Below are positions 39,708-51,521 of a stretch of DNA of 64,000 nucleotides, piece by piece. The notes under the pieces were generated by a model that saw only the letters and a program-made list of their open reading frames with translations, did not search any database and was not told the DNA's origin. The stretch is from Heptranchias perlo (taxonomy: Eukaryota). The stretch is taken from assembly GCF_035084215.1 (NCBI RefSeq), contig NC_090339.1:34286001-34350000 (forward strand), written 5' to 3'. Both the position numbers and the translations under genes were made by a program. Within the stretch, counting starts at the first letter, position 1; each line of letters opens with the position of its first letter.

Positions 39708-40912
39708 TTATGAGAATCTGATGGATATGAGTGAATCCCTGGCATCACGGGCAGCCATGTGTGCCGCTGCTCTGGCGATGAATTCCCCATCTTCATCCTC
39801 CTCCTCCTCATCCTCATCCACTTCTTCAATGTTGGCAGCAGATGAGGATGCTTCATGAGCGCTTTCGAGATCCCCCACCTGTGGCCCTCTCTGCTGAGCG
39901 ATGTTGTGCTGGAAGCAACACACGACTATTATTCTGCACAACCTAGCTGGCGAGTACTGAAGGGCTCCCCCAGATCGATCCAGGCACCTGAAGCACATCT
40001 TCAGCATTCCTATCGCTTGTTCAATGACAGCCCTGGTGGTTATGTGACTGTCGTTGTACCACTGCTGTGCCTCGTTGGTGGGATTTCTCATGGGTGTCAT
40101 GAGCCATGTCTGCAGGGGTTATCCCTTGTCTTCAAGAAGCCAACCCTTAAGTCTGTCTTTGTGTGGAAGAGGTCCTTGATGTTGGACTCCCGCAAAATGA
40201 AGAAATCAAGGCAGCTGCCAGGGAATCTGGCACACACCTGCAGAAACCTCCTCTGGTAGTCGCAGGCCAGCTGTGCATTGATGGAGTGATATCCCTTTTG
40301 GTTTATGAACAGTCCTGGCTCATGTAGAGGTTCTCGTATTGCTACATGTGTGCAATCAATTGCACCCTCCGCCAGCGGAGAGTCATTCAGAGAGTTGAAA
40401 ACCACTGCCCTCTCAATCTGGCTGATATCATCGCGGGGGAAGTTGATGTAGTCAGAAGCCCTGGCAAACAAGCCATCCGTCATCTGTCATATGAACTTAC
40501 CGTGCAGATGACTGAGAGACCCTGGAAATGTCACCAGTGGCACCCTGGAAGGATCCAGAGGCGAAGAAATTGAGGGCAATGATGACTTTAACTGCGACGG
40601 GCAATGCGTGGCCACCAGGCCCAGCTGGAAGCAGCTCTGCATGAAGGAGCCTGCAGATGTCTGCGACCACCTGCTGACTCAATCCAAGCCTGAGTAGCTA
40701 CTGGTTCTCAGAAAGGTCCAGGAAGCTGAGTCTCTGCCTGTAGACCCTCTCACGTGGGTAGTGCCTCCTGCGACCTCGGCCCCTCCTTTGGACCCCTCTC
40801 TGCTCTTCTCCAGGTCCTTGTTGTGCACCTCTGTGTTGTACACCCGTAAATCCCAGAACTGAACAGCATGGTGATGTTCCTCCTCCTCCGATGTACTGTG
40901 GAATAGATCCAT
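39708..40912 (-). pseudogene. Harbinger DDE nuclease (HARBI1-like transposase), frameshifted
   Basis: LPVAVKVIIALNFFASGSFQ, GAIDCTHV, NQKGYHSINAQLACD, ARFPGS, TRAVIEQAIGMLKMCFRCL, VVCCFQHN across four ORF pieces. Confidence 0.92.
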
Positions 40913-41779
40913 TGCGCCCTCCACCCTGATCTTGTCAGTTTGAGGGGGTCCAAAATGTAGGTAAATGTTTCCGAACACAAGAATTCTCAGCCTCAACAGA
41001 GAAATCTCAGTGTTAACACAAAGAACTCCCAGCCCAAGGTCTGTCTGAGAGAACTGAGTGCCCAGCTGCAAAACCTGACCTTTTATTCACATGTGTCAAT
41101 CACTGGTTTAAAGTTCCAAATGAGGTTCGGCTGCTACTTGCCCCCGCCTGTATGGCATGTTTCAGAAGCCACGGGAGTATGTTCAGTTTGAGTAAAATCC
41201 GATTTTGCTCTCCAATCCACAAAAAGTGAATCACCTTAATTGCTTTAAGTGCCTAAATTGGCCCTTTTAATATTGGCTTGGGGATTTCCGGGTGTCTGTT
41301 GCGCACGTGCCTTCAAACGTGCCTTGGTCAAACCCGGAAGTGGGTGCGTTGGAGCCAGGATGCGGTCCCGCTCCCAAAAGTTAATATTTTCACTGCCCAC
41401 CTGCCCCCAACCCACCCGTGCTTGAGGGTTAAAATTACTTTCATGGTATCTGAGCTGTTCCCTTCATAAAAGTATTAATGATCCCATTGGTGATATTATC
41501 TTATTATTTTCATGTTTTGTCAGTCCCACTCCACTGTTTTCATCCAGCTCTTCAGATCAGCACTTAAACCTCCATAAAAAAGTGAAGATGGTTCCTTGCC
41601 CATTCTCAAAAGATCTGAGTCCACACAGCTATATTTTGGAGGACTTTTAGCTAACTGGCAATAATTCAGTAATCTCATGAATGTCACTTGCTCTAAGAAT
41701 AACTTAAGAACTGGTGTGAGGATAAGTCTTGAATGAGAGAAGACCTTTTAGTTCATCAGGCCTGTTCCCTCATACAGAC

Positions 41780-43060
41780 AATCAGGTGGGTGGACATCAA
41801 ATCAACTGCATTCAACTGAGATTTCCAAACTGATTAAGATACAAGTAAGCTGGGACTTGGAAAAATCAGTTCAGGCACCTTAAGCAGATGGTAGATCTGA
41901 AACTCAGTCAACGTTGAGGTGCCAGGAGGGTGTATACAGTTTGTCCTGTCATGGAACTTAATATGACACATTCAATCTCAAGAGAGAAGTTGCCAACCAC
42001 AAGTATAAGTTCTATGAAATTTCTCCCTGACCCCTAATTGTAATCAATCCAATTTTTCAAACTACATTATTCAGTTCTGATCAGTTGTATTCCAAATAAT
42101 ACATCCATCATCCCAGCACGACAGGACCATGATATTCTTTTGTGTATTTAAGTACAGCATTGAGGGAGTACTGCTGCCTTTCAGATGAGATATTAAAACC
42201 GAGGCCCACTCTGCCTGCTCAAGTGGGCTTATAAAATCCCATGACTCTATTTGAAGAAGAGCAGGGTTGTTCTGCTGGTATCCTGTCCAATGTTTGCTCC
42301 TCAACCAATGCCACCAGAAGGAGATTAACTGGTCATTTATCTCATTGTGGTTTGTGGGACCTTGCTGTATGCAGTTTGGCTGCCGCATTTGCCAACAAAA
42401 CAACATGTCAAATGTAATTTATTGGCTGTGAAACATTTTGTGATATCCTGAGGACATGAAAGGCATTATATCCTGAGGACATGAAAGGCAAGTTCTTTTC
42501 TTTCTTTTATAATCCCAACATGACCATATACTTTGTACCAGGATAATGGGAGAAGGTTGCTACTCTACATATTGGAATCATGCAGTTTGTGAAGGTGTTG
42601 AGAATACTGGTGCGGAATACAATGTTGATGAGAAGGACAATAGTCCCATTGATTCTGGGACAAATTATTCCAACTCAACCACTACAGATTTATCATCTCG
42701 GTCAGCAGGAATTGGGCCCGCGGCAAAAGGTGAAACTAGAATCAGTTTCTGAAATCCCACAAGGTGGGTTTGCCACTGTTCATAGTGACACATAAAGTAT
42801 GATTGAACATGCTCATAATCTGACAGTGTTTGTACGATAATTGTGGAATATTCATCCAACAGGGCACAGGTAGGTCCTCCTGACACATCAAAGCTGGCCA
42901 AGTTCTGCCATCTGCTTAGGTTCCTGAACAGTATTTTCCCCAATCCTAGCTTGCTGGTATTTTAATCAGTTTTGCATTAGTTATCTCTGCTTTGTGGAAC
43001 TCCTAGTTGGATGAGCCTGGTTTGAAGTCCACCCATTTTGTGCCTGCGAATCAATGTAGT
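41780..43060. mobile_element. Two ancient RTE-like LINE relics in inverted orientation (~41780-42120 +, ~42560-43060 -), separated by a SINE
   Basis: 41827-41897 is a diverged reverse complement of 42902-42972; broken translations (ARIGENTVQEPKQM..VRRTYLCPV; RAQFLLTEMINL*WLSW) loosely follow the RTE ORF C-terminus. Confidence 0.4.
42152..42505 (+). mobile_element. 5'-truncated Deu-type SINE
   Basis: Body CTTTCAGATGAGA..TATTTGAAGAAGAGCAGGG..AAAGGCAAGTTCTTTTCTTT matches 61567-62016; 23-bp tandem duplication near the tail. Confidence 0.75.
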
Positions 43061-43136
43061 AAATGAACTCTCAGACATCAAGCGTTGATACTGTGGAGAC
43101 ATCAAGCGTTGATACTGTGCCTGCACTAGTAGTGGA

Positions 43137-44683
43137 ATAACTCCACATGATATCAAGAAAAGGCTGAATGCACTGGATACAACAAAGGCTATGGGCCCCG
43201 ACAACATCCCGGCTGTAGTGCTGAAGATTGTGCTCCAGAACTAGCCGTGTCTCTAGCCAAGCTGTTCCAGTACAGCTACAACACTGGCATCTACCTGACA
43301 ATGTGGAAAATTGCCCAGGTATGTCCTGTCCACAAAAAGCAGGACAAATCCAATCCGGCCAATTACTGCCCCATCAGTCTACAGCAAAGTGATGGAAGGT
43401 GTCGTCGACAGTGCTATCAAGCGGCACTTACTCACCAATAACCTGCTCACCAATGCTCAGTTTGGGTTCGGCCAGAACCACTTGGCTCCAGACCTCATTA
43501 CAGCCTTGGTCCAAACATGGACAAAAGAGCTGAATTCCAGAGGTGAGGTGAGAGTGACTGCCCTTGACATCAAGGCAGCATTTGACCGAGTGTGGCACCA
43601 AGGAGCCCTCGTAAAATTGAAGTCAATGGGAATCAGAGGGAAAACTCTCCAGTGGCTGAAGTCATACCTAGCACAAAGGACGATGGTAGTGGTTGTTGGA
43701 GGCCAATCATCTCAGCCCCAGGACATTGCTGCAAGAGTTCCTCAGGGCAGTATCCTAGGCCCAACCACCTTCAGCTGCTTCATCAATGACCTTCCCTCCA
43801 TCAGAAATGGGGATGCTCGCTGATGATTGCACAGTGTTCAGTTCCATTCGCAACCCCTCAGATAATGAAGCAGTGCGTGCCCTCATGCAGCAAGACCTGG
43901 ACAACATCCAGGCTTGGGCTTATAAGTGGCAAGTAACATTCGCGCCAGACAAGTGCCAGGCAATGACCATCTCCAATAAGAGAGAGTCTAACCACCTCCC
44001 CTTGACATTCAACGGCATTACCATCGCTGAACCCCCCCCACCATCAACATCCTGGGGGTCACCATTGACCAGAAACTTAACTGGACCAACCATATAAATA
44101 CTGTGGCTACGAGAGCAGGTCAGATGCTGGGTATTCTGCAGCGAGTGACTCACCTCCTGACTCCCCGAAGCCTTTCCACCATCTACAAGGCACAAGTCAG
44201 GAGTGTGATGGAATACTGTCCACTTGCCTGGATGAGTGCAGCTCCAACAACACTCAAGAAGCTCAATACCATCCAGGACAAAGCAGCCCGCTTGATTGGC
44301 ACCCCATCCACCACCCTTCACTCATTCACTCCCTTCACCACCGGCGCACTGTGGCTGCAGTGTGTGCAGCAACTCACCAAGGCTTCTTCGACAGCACCTC
44401 CCAACCCGCGACCTGTACCACCTAGAAGGACAACGGCAGCAGGCACATGGGAACATCAGCACCTGCACGTTCCCCTTCAAGTCACACACCATTCCGACTT
44501 GGAAATATATCGCCGTTCCTTCATCGTCGCTGGGTCAAAATCTGGAACTCCCTTCCTAACAGCACTGTGGGAGAACCTTCACCACACGGACTGCAGTGGT
44601 TCAAGAAGGCGGCTCACCACCGCCTTCTCAAGGGCAATTAGGGATGGTCAATAAATGCTGGCCTTGCCAGCAATGCCCACATC
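43137..44683 (+). mobile_element. LINE family B, RT region plus 3' UTR, frameshifted
   Basis: KAMGPDNIP, QFGF, LDIKAAFDRVWH, VPQGSILGP, ADDC motifs; 3' UTR ends at CCCACATC without A tail. Confidence 0.92.
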
Positions 44684-44684
44684 A

Positions 44685-45830
44685 CTGACTTGTGCCGTGT
44701 AGATGGTGGAAAGGCTTTGGGGAGTCAGGAGGTGAGTAACTCACTGCAGAATACCCAGCTTCTGACCTGCTCTTGTAGCCACAGTATTTATATGGTTGGT
44801 CCAGTTAAGTTTCTGGACAATGGTGACCCCCAGGATGTTGATGGTGGGGGATTCAGCGATGGTAATGCCGTTGAATGTCAAGAGAGGTGGTTAGACTCTC
44901 TCTTGTTGGAGATGGTCATTGCCGGCAATTGTCTGGCGCAAACGTTACTTGCCACTTATCAGCCCAAGCCTAGATGTTGTCCAGGTCTTGCTGCATGTGG
45001 CCATAGACTGCTTCATTATCTGAGGGGTTGCGAATAGAACTGAACACTGCAATCATCAGCGAACATCCCCATTTCTGACCTTATGATGGAGGGAAGGTCA
45101 TTGATGAAGCAGCTGAAGATGGTTGGGCCAAGGACACTGCCCTGAGGAACTCTTGCAGCAATGTCCTGGGGCTGAGATGATTGGCCTCCAACAACCACTA
45201 CCATCTTCCTTTGTGCTAGGTATGACTCCAGCCACTAGAGAGTTTTCCCCTTGATTCACATTGACTTCAATTTTACTAGGGCTCCTTGGTGCTACACTCG
45301 GTCAAATGCTGCCTTGATGTCAAGGGCAGTCACTCTCGCCTCACCTCTGGAATTCAGCTCTTTTGTTCATGTTTGGACCAAGGCTGTAATGAGGTCTGGA
45401 GCCGAGTGGTCCTGGCGGTACCCAAACTGAGCATCAGTGAGCAGGTTATTGGTGAGTAAGTGCCGCTTGATAGCACTGTCGACGACAGCTTCCATCACGT
45501 TGCTGATGATTGAGAGTAGGCTGATGGGGCGGTAATTGGCCGGATTGGATTTGTCCTGCTTTTTGTGGACAGGACATACCTGGGCAATTTTCCACATTGT
45601 CAGGTAGATGCCAGTGTTGTCGCTGTACTGGAACAGCTTGGCTAGAGGCGCAGCTAGTTCTGGAGCACAAGTCTTCAGCACTACAGCTGGGATGTTGTCA
45701 AGGCCCATAGCCTTTGCTATATCCATGGCACTCAACTGTTTCTTGATATCACGTGGAGAGAATCGAATTGGCTGAAGACTGGCTTCTGTGATGGTGGGGA
45801 TATCGGTAGGAGGCCGAGATGGATCATCCA
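44685..45830 (-). mobile_element. LINE family B, internal RT fragment, inverted against the previous copy
   Basis: [37 protein letters not shown]; lacks its 3' ~0.5 kb. Confidence 0.92.
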
Positions 45831-46455
45831 TGGAACTGTCTCTCGGGGAGATAACAGCTGCTTTATTATGTGGAGAAAAAGGTTGAATGCTTATAATAGG
45901 AAAACAGGTTAATATTTTAGATGTGACCATTCCTCAGTACAAAGGGATACCCTTGAAATGTTAATGTTTTTTCTCTTTGCACATGCCGACAGGGGTACTG
46001 TGTATTTCCAGCATGATCCATTTTTGTTTTAAATTTCCAGCATATGCTGGATTTTTTTCTTTTATTTGATTATAATAATGTGATTTAGGGTACTAGCTTT
46101 GACTAACTAGTTCAACTGGCTACCAATAAGAGGAAATTTAAAAAATTTTGACGATGTACATAAATCCAAATGTCTTACTATTCATTAGAAAAGGCATCAT
46201 TTGCTGGCGGTTTCAAGAGTGGAGGTTTGAATAATTAGGAACGAACTAAAATTTAGAATAACAAAGTGACGATTTTCTAGATCTTTTCCTCCAGTCTGAG
46301 TAGTGTCTGCTACCAGTTCTGCTGCTAAAACAGGTCTGGAGACTTAGGCCAAACATCCTTTTCATAATCCTATTTTTTAAATCTACTGTGGGCACCATTG
46401 TGTAAATAACATGGTACTGAGTTCGAATGAGTTTCATTAATTTTTCCCTCCCAAG

Positions 46456-46558
46456 ATCGGTGCATGAGATTGTGGAAGATATTGAACAAGGAACTCCTGA
46501 AGGATATGGGTCTGAAGAATTGATTAAGCTGCTGAAACTACTGCCAGAAGCTGAAGAG
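46456..46558 (+). CDS. FHDC1: FHDC1-like formin coding exon 3 (103 nt)
   Basis: tttttccctcccaag|(R)SVHEIVEDIEQGTPEGYGSEELIKLLKLLPEAEE|gtaaat; phase 2 to 0. Confidence 0.92.
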
Positions 46559-48301
46559 GTAAATTCTTCAGTTATGAGCACTATCTTAAGATGGAAATCT
46601 CATGAATTCGCCCTACAGCTTGCATAAAATTAAAGTAACATCTATTTCCTCCAGCCAGCATGTTTCAGCTGCAATGATTTCTCTCAACACCTTGCAACAA
46701 TTGTGATTCCTCACCCACTGTGCTTTCGGCCAACCAAAATCTAACAACTGCATTTGGCCTTTATTCCATTTTACTGCAGAATTATTAAAGGAACACAAAG
46801 TAGATTTTACCTTGTACATTGGATCTTTTATTCTACACAGTTGGATTTCACTTAGTAGTTGGATAATATTCTGGAAATGCTGAATGGTTCAGTTTCATTT
46901 TTAAGCCTCTTGTTCTTCATGGTAGTTGATTGTTTAAAGTCTTGTCATCTGATTGTGATTGGCATAGATGGGGAATTCAATAAGAAACTCTTCCTGTGGT
47001 GTTGAACTTCTATTTTTAGGATAACCCAGTGATAACATTGTGATCGATGTTTGCCAAGAATGTTGCAATGGATGAGATTTCACTCTTTTGCTGATGATTC
47101 TACACTACATTCATTAGCTTCCTTCAGATTGGACATCTTCATTTGTCTTACCAGTACAATCGTTAAGAAACTAAAGCCTAGAAATTATTTTTGTTGATAG
47201 TAACACACAAGCTCTTAAGGATAGGAATTCGTCTTGGCCAGTAGCACAAAATGGGCGTTACCGGATTGGCCGCCCATTAATTCAATTTCATTAATTGCAA
47301 TGGAGCTGAATATCAGGCGGGGCATATAACGGGCGGCCGATCTGATAACACCCATTTGGCATATCCCTCCATTTCCTTATTGGAGGTGTTATCCGATTCA
47401 AAACAAATACTAATAATGCCAACAGTAATTTCTGGACTTAAAGCACAATTTCTTCCATGGCATGGTGCCGTGCAAGATGGTGCAATGTAAATATTGTTTC
47501 TTTCAATTCTCTGAAGACGCTTTATTCATGTCTTTCACAATTCCAACCAACTGTTATCACTTCTGACTTTTAATGTCTCCAACTTTACTTCTTCTTCAAC
47601 TACTGACATTCTTGGCTTTATTATCTCCTTTGATCCCAAATGGAACTCCCATATTTCCTCTATTATTAAAGCTACTTTGAAGAGCTTGGTTTCATTGTTG
47701 TTGACAAACATTGTTTTCCATTGAACAGCTCTATAAAGCCCAAGTATGACTGAAACTTCAATACTACTCTTACATTTGGGAAAGATATTACAGCACCCCT
47801 CTTTCACTCATGAACAGGGTACAAGAAAAAACTTATGGTCTGATAGGCAATGCTTCTCTCACCTCTAACTTTCTTTCTTTTTCTCTCTCTGTTGAAACCT
47901 TTTTTGTCTCTTTTTTTATCAATACCATCTTGGTCACTGCTTCCTGTACTTCCCTTGTTCCTATTAAACCCCCTAATCTACTGTCCTACATGCTCCTCCT
48001 CCCTTTTTCCTCAGTGTTAAAATCAAGATTCATCACACTGTCTCCACTTTAACATTCTTTCCCATGATCTCAAAACTGTGGAACTCTAACTGTCCTAGTC
48101 TTCCCCACCTCCTACAATCTACTGGCTTTTAAAACTTAGGCTTAGTATTACCGAATTACTACTTCTTGATTTACCACGACTTCTCGTATCAACATTGCTG
48201 CATCCTACAGAATGATGTGGAGATGCCGGTGATGGACTGGGGTTGACAAATGTAAGGAATCTTACAACACCAGGTTATAGTCCAACTGTTTGATTTGAAA
48301 A

Positions 48302-48338
48302 TCACAAGCTTTCGGAGGCTTTCTCCTTCGTCAGATGA
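48302..48338 (-). ncRNA. Minimal type I hammerhead ribozyme motif (left arm)
   Basis: Reverse strand reads UCAU CUGACGA A GGAG-AAAGC-CUCC GAAA GC UU GUGA; stem I kept through a U-G wobble. Confidence 0.55.
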
Positions 48339-48947
48339 GCAAGTGTGGGATTCCATGGAAGGTTACCGCATTTATAGTCAGAGAACAATACCTGGTGATT
48401 ACAGATAATCTTTCCAACTGCCCGTTGTCAAGGCAATCAAAGTGTTCAGACAGAGTGATGTTACCTACAGGACCACCGAATACACAAACGGCCAGAACAC
48501 AAAACAGAGAAAGAGAGGGAGAGAAACATCCGAAAGGAAGAGAAAGACAGAGAATGACCCGTTGTGTTAAAAACAGATAACTTTTTTTCGCTGGTGGGGT
48601 TACATGTAGCGTGACATGAACCCAAGATCCCGGTTGACGGCCTCAACCGGAATCTTGGGTACATGTCACGCTACACGTAACCCCACCAGCGAAAAAAAGT
48701 TATCTGTTTTTAACACAACGGGTCATTCTCTGTCTTTCTCTTCCTTTTGGATGTTTCTCTCTCTCTCTCTCTCTCTCTCTGTCTTTTGTTCTGGCCGTTT
48801 GTGTATTCGGTGGTCCTGGAGGTAACATCACTCTGTCTGAACACTTTGATTGCCTTGACAACGGGCAGTTGGAAAGATTATCTGTAATCACCAGGTATTG
48901 TTCTCTGACTATAAATGCGGTAACCTTCCATGGAATCCCACACTTGC

Positions 48948-48984
48948 TCACCTGACGAAGGAGAAAGCCTCCGAAAGCTTGTGA
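48948..48984 (+). ncRNA. Minimal type I hammerhead ribozyme motif (right arm)
   Basis: UCAC CUGACGA A GGAG-AAAGC-CUCC GAAA GC UU GUGA: core CUGANGA and GAAA, stem I UCAC/GUGA, stem II GGAG/CUCC, palindromic AGCU in place of stem III; TATAAA at 48910 and AATAAA at 48991. Confidence 0.6.
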
Positions 48985-49790
48985 TTTTCAAATAAAACAG
49001 TTGGACTATAACCTGGTGTTGTAAGATTCCTTACATCCTACAGAATGGGCATTTACTCATCGCCTCGATTTGTCAATAAAAATAATGCAAATAGCACTCA
49101 TCTCAAGACATATGTAATGTTGACTCACTATGATCCACGAAATGAACACAATGTCATCTCTCACTTGTGACCCTCAGGTGATATTTTACTTCAGAAGAAA
49201 AAAAAGAATGTCATATTTGCCACACAACTCTCAGCTAACACTACAGCCAGGTCACTTCAAAATTCTTGGCAAAGGTCGCAATTCATTTGCAGGGACAGGA
49301 TTGGAAAAGAAAATAGCCAACAAATAAAACAAACTAATGATATTCTGCAAAAATGATTAACTTTGATTTGTCCCAGGGAACATAGGCTGCATGCATACAA
49401 TAAAACTTGTGGACACAAGGATATTAAGTTTTAGAATCAATATAATTAAAAGTCTTGTGATGAGTGTGCATTCATCATTTCAAAGATGTCATATATGAAA
49501 ATGCGGCCTCAAAGGCAACATATCTCCAAAACATCATACAGCTATAGAGCAAAGGAATTGTGATTGGCTCAGGTGGTCACTTATCTATTAAATTACCAAT
49601 CAAATATATGATTGACTACTGTGAATGACTCAAAAGTACCGATGAGGAACAAGTAAACAGCAGAAAACCTAGCAATCCATTTACGAAGCAGCAAATACCA
49701 GAAAAAGCCACCAGTTAAATAAATTCCTTACGTTGTTTTCAATTGCCCTTTTCTTACTTTGCTTGGGTAGTGCATACAGCTAGAAATAAT

Positions 49791-50391
49791 GGCCTATAAA
49801 TTCAGCCACAAAGCGCCTGTTTTTTGGGTGCTAAATGGACTCCTTAGCCTCTCGCATGGCAGTCAGGAAACGCATGCTCATTATAAGTTGGAAGTGCGCC
49901 GCCCACCATATTGGTAAAGGCCAAAAACTCGGCGTGCAGTACCCACACCTGAAACAGGCATTATGTAAATAAGGGGCCTAATGCCTGTTTTAGGCCCCCA
50001 CTGCAAGCACCGGCGCCGACTGCACTCAGGAAAACGTTGTTCAGGAGCAGGAGTGCTCCTCCTGACCCCACATTCAAAGAACACACTGCCAGCTGCTGCT
50101 TCCTCCCAACCCTCCCCCCTGCCCCCGATTTCCATTTATACCTCTCCCCCAACCCGACGATCGCCACTGCTGTCTCCCTCCCGGCCACTGCTATCTTCCC
50201 TGCCCCCCGCCATCGCTATTTCCTAATCGCCCCCCCTTCCCAGTCACCCCCGTTCCCGTTCCCCTTTAATCACTTACCTGAGGGTTACTGCTGGCGTCGC
50301 AGCAGCCCAATCTTCCATCCGCTTCGCTGGCTTGATCACTGCGCCACCCCTCCACCATGTGCCCAAAAATGGCGTGCTCAAATTTCTTGGC
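49791..50391. mobile_element. Non-autonomous Harbinger-type element
   Basis: GGCCTATAAATT / AAATTTCTTGGCC ends; GC-rich interior with features shared with 26651-27476 (CAGGAGCAGGAGTGCTC, C-rich repeats). Confidence 0.5.
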
Positions 50392-51435
50392 CGTTATAAC
50401 TTAAACACACAAAAATTATACAGTTCTAAAAAAAATGTTAAACCTATCCATAAAATTAGTTATTTAATGCTAGAAATATCTGCAAGAAGTTTTTCCCTAA
50501 ATAGACAAGATCTTGAGGCTTGAGTTGGAAATTTCATCTGGGTGTGTATCGCCCAGATATCCAGCTACTGTAGGTAAATTCTGTGCATTTGAGAGAAATA
50601 CATGATGAGAGTTATAGTTTTCTCAATATCCCTGTGGAACTACAAAACCATGAGTGTATTGCAGCAACCACATTTACAAATAACAACTGTGGGGTGCCAA
50701 TAGCAACAGAAAATTAGAAATAAAAAAGTTTGCCTTTTTACAGCATTTCATATAGCTTCAGCTATGAAATAAAAATTCTGAGTTAATGGCGATGTTTGGG
50801 ATTTTTTTTGTGTTGCTCCCAGACCATGGTGACTAACTACCTGTTCAGATACTGATCATTGGCGACTGAACAGTGGGAAAATCACTGCACAGTGCTACAC
50901 TAGTGAGAGCTTCAATAAGAACAACAAATCCTAAGTGAGAAATGAGGACAGGCAAAAAGTATCTTTCATAATTAAGTATATAATTGAGAAAAAGAAGGAG
51001 GGAGGAGAGAAGGATAAACAAATAAATGAAGTACTTGCATTTTAAGCAAATACTCCAAATCCAATGTGACAGAGAGAAAATAAAATATTTTAAAATGCAA
51101 ATAATTGTGAATAAGAGGCTTTGAGAAGGGAAGAAAAAAGTTACTTGCATCTTAAGCAAGTTTTGTAAAGTGGCAGGTGAATAATATTACAAATATATCT
51201 GTGATGTCTATATTTTTCAGTATCAGTAAGTTATGCTATAATTTTATCTCAAGTTAGTTCAGTGATACATTGTTTCATTAAATTTTTTAATGCAGCGATG
51301 GGTGAAGCACTGTCTCATTTAGACCGTAACAGGAGCATAGCAAACATCAGAAACTACATTCAAGGTGCCAGACTATCTGCAAGCAATACTACAATAGATT
51401 CACTCGCCTTATTTGAATTTGTTGTACTGTTTCAG

Positions 51436-51521
51436 GTGAAGCGCCTAAAAATGTTCCAAGGAGACCAGAGTAAACTATCTGAGGCAGATCTCTTTATGCT
51501 ACTCCTGGTGAGAGTGCCACG
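51436..51521 (+). CDS. FHDC1: FHDC1-like formin coding exon 4 (86 nt)
   Basis: tactgtttcag|VKRLKMFQGDQSKLSEADLFMLLLVRVP(R)|gtagga; phase 0 to 2. Confidence 0.92.

Larger units (their letters stand above)
37474..41442. mobile_element. Near full-length two-gene Harbinger (left TIR lost), both genes disrupted
   Basis: Three-exon Myb/SANT gene on + and DDE nuclease on -, convergent; right end GAGGGTTAAAATTACTTTC; subterminal CCGGAAGT motifs at both ends. Confidence 0.9.
48215..49036. mobile_element. Palindromic Penelope-like element (two inverted pseudo-LTR arms of ~390 bp)
   Basis: Arms 48250-48637 and 48643-49036 are near-perfect reverse complements around CGGCC; 14-bp direct repeat CATCCTACAGAATG at 48201-48214 and 49034-49047; GLNRNLGYMSRYT* at 48639-48680 resembles the end of a Penelope GIY-YIG ORF. 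Confidence 0.88.

Noticed and set aside
39708-40912. Domesticated HARBI1 host gene
   Set aside because: Multiple frameshifts and stops, adjacent Myb gene and transposon end; it is a dead transposase.
42546-42943. Possible endogenous viral or novel ORFs on both strands
   Set aside because: An inverted homologue at ~41.8-42.0 kb and RTE-like residue patterns point to decayed LINE sequence.
43073-43119. Two direct copies of AGACATCAAGCGTTGATACTGTG with a palindromic core (CRISPR-like look)
   Set aside because: Two adjacent units with no spacer in a vertebrate intron; a simple tandem duplication.
48335-48951. Mirror-image 81/83-aa ORFs (MSKCGIPWKV..)
   Set aside because: Antisense reading of the non-coding pLTR; duplicated only because of the palindrome.
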